Positions 1 through 9,130 of a stretch of 64,000 nt of DNA are shown here, piece by piece. Every line of letters starts with the position of its first letter. The first letter of the stretch is position 1. The translations under genes were made by a program, and so were the position numbers. Source of the stretch: a virus; the IMG/VR virus record IMGVR_UViG_3300028030_000009, positions 1 to 64,000 of that record; one strand, 5' to 3'. The notes under the pieces are model-generated. The model ran no database searches. It saw only the letters and a program-made list of their open reading frames with translations, and was not told where the DNA came from.

Positions 1-86
1 GTATACGACACAGCATCATAGGACAGCACAGAACATATATCTTCTGTTGGCCTAACAAATACATAATCCAAATCTACATACGCCAT
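1..86 (-). CDS. hypothetical protein, 5' part only (runs off window edge)
   Basis: ATG at 86 with AAGGA RBS; open frame MAYVDLDYVFVRPTEDICSV... to the window start. Confidence 0.55.
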   Translation of the reverse strand, partial: MAYVDLDYVFVRPTEDICSVLSYDAVSY

Positions 87-99
87 CTTGAAATCCTTG

Positions 100-1290
100 T
101 CAATATGTCACTACTATCGATTTTATCCAAACTATCCCATCTTCTGCAAACTTGATTTTTCTTTGGCCCGTATAGTCGATAACAACTTTATCTGCACCAC
201 TGTATGGACCAAGCTCTTTCACGAGTACATCATCTATATACAGATACGCTCTCCCGGAATACCAGTTTCCCCACTCTATCTCTATTGTTTTTGCGAATCC
301 CTCTTCCGGTATGTCAAACTCAATCCATCCAATCGGATAAGAGCTATAAAACAAAGACATATACCCTTCTATTCTGGGGTAGAATCTGTTGTTTATGTCT
401 GTTGCATAGTATCTGATTCCAGAAGAATCAAGGTCACTTTTTGATGAGAAAAAATTCTCTACAATTATATCCTCATCTTTCTGTATTTCTAATGCTTTAG
501 TTTTGTCATGAAGCGTTGCGTTGTACAGCTCTTTTATTTCTCTTTCTGACAGAGGAGCGTCGTGGATAACCATATCACTAAGAAGCGCGATAGTTCTTTG
601 GTTATAGTCAAAGCATCCTCCCCTGCAATCCTGCTCTTGCCCAACAATTATGTTTGTAACATCAAGATTTCCAGATGGAAGATGAACGACACCAAGAGGC
701 TCTCCATCAACATACACATAGTTAAGTTCCCAGTTTCTGACATATGCTATGTGGTGCCAGTCTCCGTTCTTGAAGTCTGAAGGCAGAGGAAGGTCTGCCC
801 ATGGACCCTTTACATGAGGCGTGGCTTTGTCATATTTTATCCAAGCCAAAAACTCATTATCACTACTATATCCAGCAGATGATATTAGGCCTTGTGAAGC
901 CGCTTTCGTTGTGACTACCCATGTGGAGAACGTAAAGTATCCTCTTCCATTCAGCACTTCTCTTGGAACAACTGCATACTGGCTTGTATTTGTTGTTCTA
1001 AAATCTCCGACAAATCCTCTCTTGCTGTCGAATACGGTGTTTACATTCACAGCCTTAGCATGCCTTGCGTTTGGGCTTGAGTCAATGATTGAGTACTGAT
1101 TATTCTCCCATGACTCTTCATTCATTTTATAATGAGCTATCTCTGCAGGAATCATTCCATCTGATAACTTGTAGATTACTTTTCTACCAGCGATTATCTT
1201 CTCAAAAAACTCTTTAGCAAATAGATGCTTTCCGTAAAATTCGTTGTCATTGACTATTGACCCAGCTATTCTCCTTATGTAATCAAGCAT
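100..1290 (-). CDS. LamG/pentraxin-like (concanavalin-A fold) domain protein, probable virion/tail-associated
   Basis: FTFSTWV...DWHHIAYV...VYVDG LamG pattern plus IIVGQEQDCRGGCFD, resembling the pentraxin Ca-binding loop. Confidence 0.8.
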   Translation of the reverse strand: MLDYIRRIAGSIVNDNEFYGKHLFAKEFFEKIIAGRKVIYKLSDGMIPAEIAHYKMNEESWENNQYSIIDSSPNARHAKAVNVNTVFDSKRGFVGDFRTTNTSQYAVVPREVLNGRGYFTFSTWVVTTKAASQGLISSAGYSSDNEFLAWIKYDKATPHVKGPWADLPLPSDFKNGDWHHIAYVRNWELNYVYVDGEPLGVVHLPSGNLDVTNIIVGQEQDCRGGCFDYNQRTIALLSDMVIHDAPLSEREIKELYNATLHDKTKALEIQKDEDIIVENFFSSKSDLDSSGIRYYATDINNRFYPRIEGYMSLFYSSYPIGWIEFDIPEEGFAKTIEIEWGNWYSGRAYLYIDDVLVKELGPYSGADKVVIDYTGQRKIKFAEDGIVWIKSIVVTY

Positions 1291-1296
1291 CTATTT

Positions 1297-1725
1297 TTAT
1301 TCCTTTTCTGCAATCTCTTTTTCAAGCTCGTCTAAGTACTCCTTAACGTCATTTATCGACCTGGCTACAATGTACCTAGCTCCTGCTTTGTCCATCTTTT
1401 TGTGCATGAGCTTCTGGTCTTTTGTTAGTCGCCCGGTTGGAGTCTTTACCTCTATCCCAACATATACACCCTTGTATACAACTGTTATGTCAGGGAGTCC
1501 GCTTTCGCTCGTACACTTATAATGCCCTACCGCGCGCTTCACTGCTGCAGTTATCGCATGCTTTTTTCTGCCGAGACCAAATTTGTCTAGAACTGCGGCT
1601 ATGGCTCTTATTGCGGGGGCTGTGAATGAGCCTGAGTTTTGCCTCCAGAACACTATATTTCTTCTTGTTGCCAAATAAGCCAAGATAGCTCGTTGTATAT
1701 CAGCCTCTGACGCTTTTTTAATCAT
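1297..1725 (-). CDS. VRR-NUC family PD-(D/E)xK nuclease (resolvase-like)
   Basis: SEADIQRAI...GLPDI...GIEVKTPTGRLTKDQ...YIVARS. Confidence 0.85.
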   Translation of the reverse strand: MIKKASEADIQRAILAYLATRRNIVFWRQNSGSFTAPAIRAIAAVLDKFGLGRKKHAITAAVKRAVGHYKCTSESGLPDITVVYKGVYVGIEVKTPTGRLTKDQKLMHKKMDKAGARYIVARSINDVKEYLDELEKEIAEKE

Positions 1726-2606
1726 GATTCCCCGCCAATAGATGCTGGGTATTCACGAATAAGGTCAATATACTCTTCTGCTAGCTCGGCAATCGTATTC
1801 ACAGCCGCATCTCCAAAACCTACAGATACCGCGCCAAAAAATCCGCCATGAAATGCGAACACGATTGGTTTTTCTACATGAAAGCTGCCATCCGCACTTG
1901 AAAAATCAAACCCAATTTTTACATCCTGCAAGGCAAGGTTCTCATCTCTTACCGCAACAGATGCAATATTGCATGCTTGGCCATTTAAGACTCCTCTGCC
2001 AACAAAGCATTCGCAATATAGCCCATCTGTGTATTGCCTAATATTGCTCTTACTTCCAGCATAACCACTGTCTACATCGCCTTCTACTGCAGTGTTGACA
2101 TAATAAAAGTCACTATCCCTGTACATAATCGCAAGTGAGTATATCTCGTTACTTTCGTAAGGGTCGTAGAATCCAAGCACTGCCTCGCTTGCCTGCGACG
2201 ATTTGTACAGACTCATGAAGCCTCTAATCATTGCGCCTTCTGAAATCTCAAGTGTGCCATCATCCATTTCAATAGTTTTTGCTTCGCTTGCTGATGCATT
2301 GTGCTTTTCGTAAAAATTTTCATCATAAAACAAGGGGTAGTCCGCTGCAGTAATCTTTATAACTGTATCGTTTTCGAGGCCACTGTTTCTTATCATATCA
2401 GTAAGTCCACCATCGTCGCCGCTTGTAGCTTCTTCAACCGAGAAGTCGCCCTCGGTCCATGCCACATTTGGGAAAATTTCCATAAAGGCTGCTTTGGAGT
2501 CTACCTCAAGAAAAGGTGGTGTTTTTATTGTTATATCATGCTTCCCGTAGCACAATACGCCTGATTTGAGTGCCTTAGGCAGAGCCTTTGGTGTGCATAG
2601 TTCCAT
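1722..2606 (-). CDS. hypothetical acidic protein (virion cluster)
   Basis: 294 aa ORF, tightly coupled to neighbours. Confidence 0.7.
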   Translation of the reverse strand: MELCTPKALPKALKSGVLCYGKHDITIKTPPFLEVDSKAAFMEIFPNVAWTEGDFSVEEATSGDDGGLTDMIRNSGLENDTVIKITAADYPLFYDENFYEKHNASASEAKTIEMDDGTLEISEGAMIRGFMSLYKSSQASEAVLGFYDPYESNEIYSLAIMYRDSDFYYVNTAVEGDVDSGYAGSKSNIRQYTDGLYCECFVGRGVLNGQACNIASVAVRDENLALQDVKIGFDFSSADGSFHVEKPIVFAFHGGFFGAVSVGFGDAAVNTIAELAEEYIDLIREYPASIGGES

Positions 2607-2607
2607 G

Positions 2608-3567
2608 TCAATTCCTTTTCACCAGAAGATAGTCAGTATATCCGTAGTTGCAGTTGTAATCATTCCACCAGACAACATTGCCATCGTCGTCATAATCAAT
2701 CCTGAGATAGCATCCTCCGGTGTAGTCTCCGTTCGGCTCGCTTACATTCGTGAGGTCGCTTGCCCACCAAGTATCACTGCCGTCCTGAACCTTCCATCCG
2801 CAATCAGCGCCTAGGCTATCGCTTCTTAGAGCCTTATACCTGCACGAGTAGCTTCCTCCGCTGGTTGGCTTATAGATTCCAAGAGGCCCCATTTTTTTAG
2901 GGTGTCCTATCGAAACCAGCCAATCTCGTGCTTCTTCATATTCTTCTTTTGAATGAGGAGAGAATAACGTATAGCCTGCAAGGATATATTCAATAGGTAT
3001 TTCATCACGAATAGATGATATCTTAGGGCCTCCGATAATCAACGCATAGTCTTTTTCATTTATCTTCTTATGATATACCTCATCATATCTTTGCGCAAAG
3101 ATGCCGCCTACGCGGAATAGTCCGCACTCGCAGAAGCAATTGAGTGGTGTTAGCAAACGAGAGTCTGCTTTGATGTTGTAAACAACAAACCTATCTTCTC
3201 CAGTACTTACGCTGTAATCTTTGTGGTACACTATTTCTACAGTATGCTCAGCATATGGCAGCTCTATAGACAATGATGAAGACCGATACCCACCAACGAC
3301 AACATATCTTCTCCCGTCAATATATATTGAGCCTTTATCGCAGCATTCTTCTGAACTGACACGGTAATCAATCTCAAGTTTAGAGAATTTCATTTTGAAT
3401 TTAAGTCTGGCAGTAGAATTGTGACCATGATTCACTGACGAGAACCCGCCCTCGTCTACCTTGAACATTGAGCATTCGACATCGTCTACAGACACAAGCT
3501 TGGCTAACATGTGTTTTGGCAAGAACCTAAGTCCAGATAGAAGTATTCCAATAAACTCTGTGTTCAT
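2608..3567 (-). CDS. protein with C-terminal C-type-lectin-like domain
   Basis: C-terminus WW...SEPNGDYTGGCYL...WWNDYNC has EPN and WND motifs with flanking Cys; N-terminal beta-rich YRVSSEECCDKGSIYIDG segment. Confidence 0.65.
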   Translation of the reverse strand: MNTEFIGILLSGLRFLPKHMLAKLVSVDDVECSMFKVDEGGFSSVNHGHNSTARLKFKMKFSKLEIDYRVSSEECCDKGSIYIDGRRYVVVGGYRSSSLSIELPYAEHTVEIVYHKDYSVSTGEDRFVVYNIKADSRLLTPLNCFCECGLFRVGGIFAQRYDEVYHKKINEKDYALIIGGPKISSIRDEIPIEYILAGYTLFSPHSKEEYEEARDWLVSIGHPKKMGPLGIYKPTSGGSYSCRYKALRSDSLGADCGWKVQDGSDTWWASDLTNVSEPNGDYTGGCYLRIDYDDDGNVVWWNDYNCNYGYTDYLLVKRN

Positions 3568-3571
3568 TTTT

Positions 3572-4555
3572 TCATTCCTTTTCTTTTTTGAAGCAGTCTG
3601 GTATATCAGAGTATGGACAGTAATAGATATACGCAGACTCAGAGCCGCAACACCCGTTCGATACTGAATCTATGATTCCACGGATGCCATTCTCAAATTC
3701 TATCACTCCTCCAATAGCCGAATATGCATCTACTCCATTATTGATAAACCAATTGTGACCACCCATATAGTTGTATCCGGTCTCCTTCCTGAAACCGCTA
3801 TGATAGAAACAATAGTGTCCATTGCTTGTCCTGAGGATAGGCTTTCCTTCAAGCATATTCTCAGTAGAGCCCCTCTCGTATATTCCTGTTACTGCAACGC
3901 CATAGCCTGCACCATACGACCTGCTTGACGCAAACTCGTCTGCAACACACTCTGAGCGGCTATACAGCTCTTCTTCTCTGGCGTTATCCTTATACACAAG
4001 CTCTATGCTTCGCAGCCATCTTCTCGTGTATGGGTAGCTTTGGTATGATGCCATGGCAAACTCAAGTGTCTTTGACCCAAACACTTTTACATAGTCTTCC
4101 CTATCGACAATGTCTACCATGCTTCTGTTGAACACAGATTTTCTATTTACAACAAGAGATTGGCCAGATGAATAGCTGTCCCATGCATCTGTCGAGGCAA
4201 AGTTGTTTCGACCGTCGTCAGCTCTTATGTAAAACTGCCCAAGTCCTCCAGATGGATTGTTATATGAGCCACTCCATACAATTCTCACACCAAGAAGCTT
4301 TTCGTCAACCGGTAGAACAATCTTTTGCGAGGCGTTATTCCAGTCGTTTGTACCCCAGCTTATCCCATGCTCCCCAACAACAACATGGTCATTCATTGAT
4401 GATATGTCTGCACCAAGTTCTACAAGAGCCTCCAGGCCGCCATCTAGCATATCGAACTTATATACGGCAACGTCTGGCATCAGATGTTTTGAGTAAAACT
4501 CAACATCGCTTTCTTTTGTGCTCTTATACAGGCGCTTTCTATCAAACAATGACAC
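3572..4555 (-). CDS. hypothetical beta-rich, probably virion-associated protein
   Basis: 327 aa ORF, aromatic/Gly-rich, in operon with the lectin-like genes. Confidence 0.7.
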   Translation of the reverse strand: MSLFDRKRLYKSTKESDVEFYSKHLMPDVAVYKFDMLDGGLEALVELGADISSMNDHVVVGEHGISWGTNDWNNASQKIVLPVDEKLLGVRIVWSGSYNNPSGGLGQFYIRADDGRNNFASTDAWDSYSSGQSLVVNRKSVFNRSMVDIVDREDYVKVFGSKTLEFAMASYQSYPYTRRWLRSIELVYKDNAREEELYSRSECVADEFASSRSYGAGYGVAVTGIYERGSTENMLEGKPILRTSNGHYCFYHSGFRKETGYNYMGGHNWFINNGVDAYSAIGGVIEFENGIRGIIDSVSNGCCGSESAYIYYCPYSDIPDCFKKEKE

Positions 4556-4561
4556 TTTGAA

Positions 4562-4723
4562 TCACCTTTGTTTTGCTACTGTTTTCTTTTTGATGCTTTT
4601 CTTCCACTTGCCGCCAGCAGCTCTAACGTATCCTGTACTTGTTGTGCATATCGCATACGCAGAGCTCTTGTCTTTGCCTTTTGCCATGACGTCTTTAACG
4701 CATCTGTCGAGAATAGCTGGCAT
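4562..4723 (-). CDS. small basic protein (53 aa; not in ORF track)
   Basis: MPAILDRCVKDVMAKGKDKSSAYAICTTSTGYVRAAGGKWKKSIKKKTVAKQR fills the gap between two - strand genes exactly. Confidence 0.7.
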   Translation of the reverse strand: MPAILDRCVKDVMAKGKDKSSAYAICTTSTGYVRAAGGKWKKSIKKKTVAKQR

Positions 4724-4724
4724 A

Positions 4725-5405
4725 CTACTTCTTCTTTAGTGCTTTCTTGACAATCTTGTCGCCACCGACTGCTGCAGCGGCGTTCGCAAGATAGCTGAGC
4801 TGAGACCCAATTAGTGCAGGTGCTCCTGACTTGAGGGCTTCTTTCCCGCCAACACGGTGAAGGGCTTTTGCAGCTTGGACATTTGCTCGTGTCTCTTCTG
4901 CTAGCTGTGGAAGAGCTAGTGCAGCCGCAAGGAAGCGTTGTTTCTTCGAGAGCTCCTTTCCTTTCAGTCCTTTACTGAGCGCCACGCTGGACATGATAGA
5001 ACTTCCGGTATTTGATACTCCATACAGTGCTGAGCCCTTCCAGTCGCCTCCAATTGGCCCTTTTGCATGTGCAATCTCATGGGCGTTCATAGCAGGGTTT
5101 CCTTTTGCTGTATGGACAACATTTTCTGGTCCAAGTGCACCCTTTGAGATTTTGTGCAGAATTTCACCAGGAACCATCCTTGGCGAAGTTTTTCTGAGAA
5201 GAAGGTTTTTGAATGTGCCCTCGGCACCTTCCTCGTATGAGATTTTTCTTCCTTTTGCTCCACTTACAGCCTTCTCAAGTTCTTCGAGTGGAATGTCTAG
5301 TCCCTTCTTTTTGAAGCTCTTTGAAGATGCATGCATTAGAGCTTTTGGAATGACCTCAAGTCCACCTGCTAACGCAACCATTTTTGCTATATCTTTTTTG
5401 TTCAT
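4725..5405 (-). CDS. basic protein with putative zinc metallopeptidase motif
   Basis: AHEIAH (HExxH) followed by hydrophobic helices and LPQLAEETRAN (third-ligand Glu-like). Confidence 0.6.
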   Translation of the reverse strand: MNKKDIAKMVALAGGLEVIPKALMHASSKSFKKKGLDIPLEELEKAVSGAKGRKISYEEGAEGTFKNLLLRKTSPRMVPGEILHKISKGALGPENVVHTAKGNPAMNAHEIAHAKGPIGGDWKGSALYGVSNTGSSIMSSVALSKGLKGKELSKKQRFLAAALALPQLAEETRANVQAAKALHRVGGKEALKSGAPALIGSQLSYLANAAAAVGGDKIVKKALKKK

Positions 5406-5408
5406 GAT

Positions 5409-6122
5409 TTAATCCTTTTCAAAATGTGATTTTTCTGGGAATAGCGACTTTACGTACTCAAAAATACCGCTTCCCTTGCCTTTTTCATCGAAGTTGATGA
5501 ACTTTTTACCTTTGGCCTCTTCTGGGTTGAATGGCCTTTCGTCATATCTTGCTGCACGAACATTCTTGCAAGAGCCGTTAGCCTCTCCTACTCCCATGTA
5601 GTTGTACAGGAAGTTCTCCTCGCCACCAAGTGGATTGTTCTGTATGTCAGCCATACGGTAAATCTCCATCCAAGCTTTTGAGTTCACCCAGTGAGGAATG
5701 TGTGACACGTAGTTATATGCGCTTAGGCCAAGTGATTCGAGAATCTCTTTTCCTTTTCGCAAGTCTTGCTGGAACTTCCTAGGTCCGAAATTCTTTATCT
5801 TTGACAGGTCTTCAAGATAGTAAATCTTTCTCAGCTCGTCGTCATACAGGTCTGTTATCGCAAACATATCATCATGCCAAACAACAAACTCATCAAACAT
5901 GAATGCACCAATATTGAATGCATTGATTATGTTTCTCGCTTTGATATCAGAGCATTGCTGTAGCGGCAAAAAGCTCACATTGGTCAACCACTCAGGCTTT
6001 TCTCCGACAACGAGTATCTCTTCTTTATTTACTACATGCTTTTCTATTGAGCGCAAAGCATATCTAAGCTCGTCTGTTCCCTGGTGCTTCGGTGGAATCT
6101 TGTACGGAATTACTATATTCAT
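5409..6122 (-). CDS. Stealth-like sugar-phosphotransferase
   Basis: IVIPY...DELRYALRSIEKH...PEWL...FVVWHDDMF...SHIPH resembles Stealth conserved regions (ELRYSLRS, NDD, HxP). Confidence 0.7.
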   Translation of the reverse strand: MNIVIPYKIPPKHQGTDELRYALRSIEKHVVNKEEILVVGEKPEWLTNVSFLPLQQCSDIKARNIINAFNIGAFMFDEFVVWHDDMFAITDLYDDELRKIYYLEDLSKIKNFGPRKFQQDLRKGKEILESLGLSAYNYVSHIPHWVNSKAWMEIYRMADIQNNPLGGEENFLYNYMGVGEANGSCKNVRAARYDERPFNPEEAKGKKFINFDEKGKGSGIFEYVKSLFPEKSHFEKD

Positions 6123-6137
6123 TGGCTCTCCTAATAA

Positions 6138-6175
6138 TGCTTATCGAGAGGGCGAGAAGGCCCTCTCTGTAAGCA
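6138..6175 (-). terminator. stem-loop after the Ser/Gly/Ala-rich gene
   Basis: TGCTTA-TC-GAGAGGGC-GAGAAG-GCCCTCTC-TG-TAAGCA inverted repeat. Confidence 0.55.
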
Positions 6176-6178
6176 CTA

Positions 6179-7249
6179 TTATGACAATTCGCCCTCTCCA
6201 GAGCCGCTTCCAGAACCAGAACCAGAAGCAGATGCGGAACCAGAAGCAGATGCACTTCCGCTCCCACTTGCAGAGCCTGATGCAGAACCACTGGCTGATG
6301 CAGAGCCGCTGGCTGAAGCTGAACCTGATGCTGAACCACTACCAGACGCAGAGGCGCTTCCACTTGCGGAACCGCTACCACTAGCAGAAGCAGAGCCACT
6401 ACCTGACGAGCTTCCATCGCTAGAACCGCTACCAGAGGCAGACGCAGAACCAGATGCGGACGCAGAACCTGATGCAGAACCAGAGCCTGACGTAGATGCT
6501 TCTCCATCAGCAGAGCCGCTACCAGAAGCGGATGCCGAGCCAGATGCGGAAGCAGAGCCGCTGCCACTAGCGCTACCTTCTCCTGAACCAGAAGCCGAAG
6601 CGCTTCCACTTGATGAGCCGCTACCAGAAGCAGAGCCTTCTGAGCTGCCATCACCAGAAGCTGAGCCGCTACCGCTTGCGCTGCCTGAACCGGATGTGCT
6701 TCCATCAGAAGAGCCTTCTCCGCTTCCAGACGATGATGTCTCTGCATCAACAACCGTTTCATCAACAACAACATACACAGGGTTTCCAAGTGCATCGTAC
6801 CATGTTGAGTCATAGTAGCACAGTGTTTTGTTTGTGGCGATATCGAACACCGCAAGGATTGTGTCACCTGGAAGGTCGCCACTTCCTACATAGAAATTTT
6901 CACCTTTGATGTCTTTTGCCAGAAGCTGTCCTTTAACATCGGAAGCTGCTCCGACAGCAGCAGAATACGACAGCGATTCTTCGTTAGAAAGTAGCTGCGA
7001 AACAAGCTCGTCGAGCCTAAACTCTGTCTCCTCAATAGCGTCGTAAAGAGTAACTGCACCCTCACCAGCAGGAGGAAGTTTGAAAAGCTTTGACTCTGTG
7101 TCGCTTTTTGCGAGAAGCAAATTTGCCAGCAACTTCAGAATGGCCATATTCTGGTCCATTTCATTGATTGTTAATGGTTCTTCTTTGTCTGTCCTAAATG
7201 TTACATTGCTGATTGCAAGATAATCTGATTGTGGTCCTGATGCTGCCAT
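6179..7249 (-). CDS. Ser/Gly/Ala-repeat fibre/decoration-like protein
   Basis: N-terminal TFRTDKEEPLTINEMDQN resembles a phage fibre N-terminal motif; ~180 C-terminal residues of SGSASA-type repeats. Confidence 0.75.
   Translation of the reverse strand: MAASGPQSDYLAISNVTFRTDKEEPLTINEMDQNMAILKLLANLLLAKSDTESKLFKLPPAGEGAVTLYDAIEETEFRLDELVSQLLSNEESLSYSAAVGAASDVKGQLLAKDIKGENFYVGSGDLPGDTILAVFDIATNKTLCYYDSTWYDALGNPVYVVVDETVVDAETSSSGSGEGSSDGSTSGSGSASGSGSASGDGSSEGSASGSGSSSGSASASGSGEGSASGSGSASASGSASASGSGSADGEASTSGSGSASGSASASGSASASGSGSSDGSSSGSGSASASGSGSASGSASASGSGSASGSASASGSASASGSASGSASGSGSASASGSASASGSGSGSGSGEGELS
6190..6740 (-). repeat. coding low-complexity (SGSGSASASG)n repeat
   Basis: protein-level repeat with diversified synonymous codons. 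Confidence 0.9.
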
Positions 7250-7318
7250 ATTGTTTTCCTTTTAGATTTATTGCGTATATTGAAATTTTACCAGAAAAGG
7301 CATAAAAGCGAATGGCTT

Positions 7319-9130
7319 TTACTGACCGCCTCTTGCCTCATATTTGAGCTCCGTGACTTGCTTTTGCTCAAGGAACTCCATCCTATCCTTAACAGCAGCG
7401 TACAGTAACCAGTCTTCCTTCTGCAGCCTATCAAGCTCGGAGCGTCGTTGCCCTTGCTGGAGCTGCAGCAATTGCTGGGCGATAGAGTCTGCCTCTTGCA
7501 TGATTGCCTGCTGGTTGACCTGCTTTGTAGAGCTCTGAGATAGCATAGCCTCTGTTTTTGCTTTCTCTTCGAGGTTCTGGGTAATCTCTTGCTGGAACTG
7601 CTGGAGCTCCGACTGCTCTCTGATTCCTCTCTTTTGCTCTTCGAGAATACGCTCTCTCTCCATTTGAGAGTCGAGTTTGAACATAGCAGAGACTGTACTG
7701 TCAGAGATTTTACCTTCGTCAAGAAGTTTAAGAACGATTTGTTTCTCGGCGATGTCGTCAACAAGCCTAAACGGAGTAATTGTAATAGTTACCGGCTCTT
7801 TGTCTTTGTACTCTGCAACTTTTCTTGCGATGAAGTTCAAAGCTTTCTCCATTGCATGAGTAAGTCCCATTAGCTGGTTTTCAAGAACACGAATGGATGC
7901 TCCAGCAGCTGTATAACCAAGGCCTCCCTTTACAAACTCAACCGGAACGCCAATTGCGTTCATTACCATTGTTGATATCTGGTCAATCTCATTCGCAAGA
8001 TTGAGCTGCTTGCCTTCACCAAATGCTGTGATTGCCTGAAGAGGGATAGGGAAGTATTTAATTCCCGTAGGATTGTTTTTGTACGAAGCAAGAATTGACT
8101 CAATTTTCTTTGATACCTCTGAGCCTTGCATATAGTTATAGATTGCTTGGCCATCCTGTCCGACGCTTGAGGGAGAAAGACCCCTTAGTGGGAAAATCAT
8201 ATCGGAAAGGATTCTCTCCTGCGCCTTTCTTGTAAGAAGCAGAGAAATCATATCCGGGATAGCGGAAGTCAGGATTGGCATACCCCATCCAGTGTTTGTG
8301 CCATACATCTTCTTGCGCTTAAGATGGAGGATTTTTGACTCATCGAACTTTACAGGAGTCCCTTTGACTGCTGCAAGTATGATGTCTTGAGGAAGATGGA
8401 AGAGCATATCGAGGTAGCCATTGTTGATTAGCTTCTTCTGGGAGTTTGGGATTCTATGGTAGTACGTAGAGCGACCAGTGATGTAATCAGTGACAAACTC
8501 CATTGTTGTCACGGGCCACGAAACGATGTTGATTGCCTCATCGTTTTTCACGCTAATGTCATGCAGAGTAAAGAGCGACTGCTTTCTACACACAGGACAT
8601 GCACCCTTGAAGACAAGGATTTCCTCCTGGTCCCCTCTTTTGTTCTTGTCATCCTTGTCTTTTCCTAGACGCCTTACATTTCTTACTGTTTCTGAGGATG
8701 GCTTCAAGTCTGACTTGTTAGCGAAGTTGTTTTGTCTGAGTTTTGCCCCACATGCCGCGCACTGAACCTGTCTCTCAACTGGGAAGAATACGGACAAGAA
8801 TACGTTTCCAGAGAGCATATAGTTGTAACCAATCTCCTGAAGCCTGTCTATGACTTCAAGTGAGTTCTCCATAATATTCTTCCACGAGCGTCTCTTCTCT
8901 GTCGCCAACTCACTTAAATCCTCTGTGTGGTAATTCAGGTTTGTGATTGACACGGAGGACATTTTCTCAATTGCGCTCGCAACAAGGGGCACATTCGCAA
9001 CAATGAACTCAGACCACTGAATAACTTCCTTGATGTCGTTAGGCAGAACATCAGCATAAACGCTGCTTAGGTTGTTGTACCTTGTCAAGAATCTTCTATC
9101 GTATAACTTTCCACTAAATGTCGAAGCCAT
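7319..9130 (-). CDS. probable portal protein
   Basis: 603 aa; ILHLKR...TGWGMPILTSAI...RKAQERI portal-like segment, IGVPVEFV, Gln-rich coiled-coil C-terminus; CxxC...CxxC insert. Confidence 0.6.
   Translation of the reverse strand: MASTFSGKLYDRRFLTRYNNLSSVYADVLPNDIKEVIQWSEFIVANVPLVASAIEKMSSVSITNLNYHTEDLSELATEKRRSWKNIMENSLEVIDRLQEIGYNYMLSGNVFLSVFFPVERQVQCAACGAKLRQNNFANKSDLKPSSETVRNVRRLGKDKDDKNKRGDQEEILVFKGACPVCRKQSLFTLHDISVKNDEAINIVSWPVTTMEFVTDYITGRSTYYHRIPNSQKKLINNGYLDMLFHLPQDIILAAVKGTPVKFDESKILHLKRKKMYGTNTGWGMPILTSAIPDMISLLLTRKAQERILSDMIFPLRGLSPSSVGQDGQAIYNYMQGSEVSKKIESILASYKNNPTGIKYFPIPLQAITAFGEGKQLNLANEIDQISTMVMNAIGVPVEFVKGGLGYTAAGASIRVLENQLMGLTHAMEKALNFIARKVAEYKDKEPVTITITPFRLVDDIAEKQIVLKLLDEGKISDSTVSAMFKLDSQMERERILEEQKRGIREQSELQQFQQEITQNLEEKAKTEAMLSQSSTKQVNQQAIMQEADSIAQQLLQLQQGQRRSELDRLQKEDWLLYAAVKDRMEFLEQKQVTELKYEARGGQ

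Noticed and set aside
2608-3567. Diversity-generating retroelement target
   Set aside because: It has a C-terminal lectin-like domain, but I saw no template repeat copy and no reverse transcriptase in this window
6064-6882. 272 aa alternative-frame ORF (and other frames over the Ser/Gly/Ala repeat)
   Set aside because: By-product of the low-complexity coding repeat
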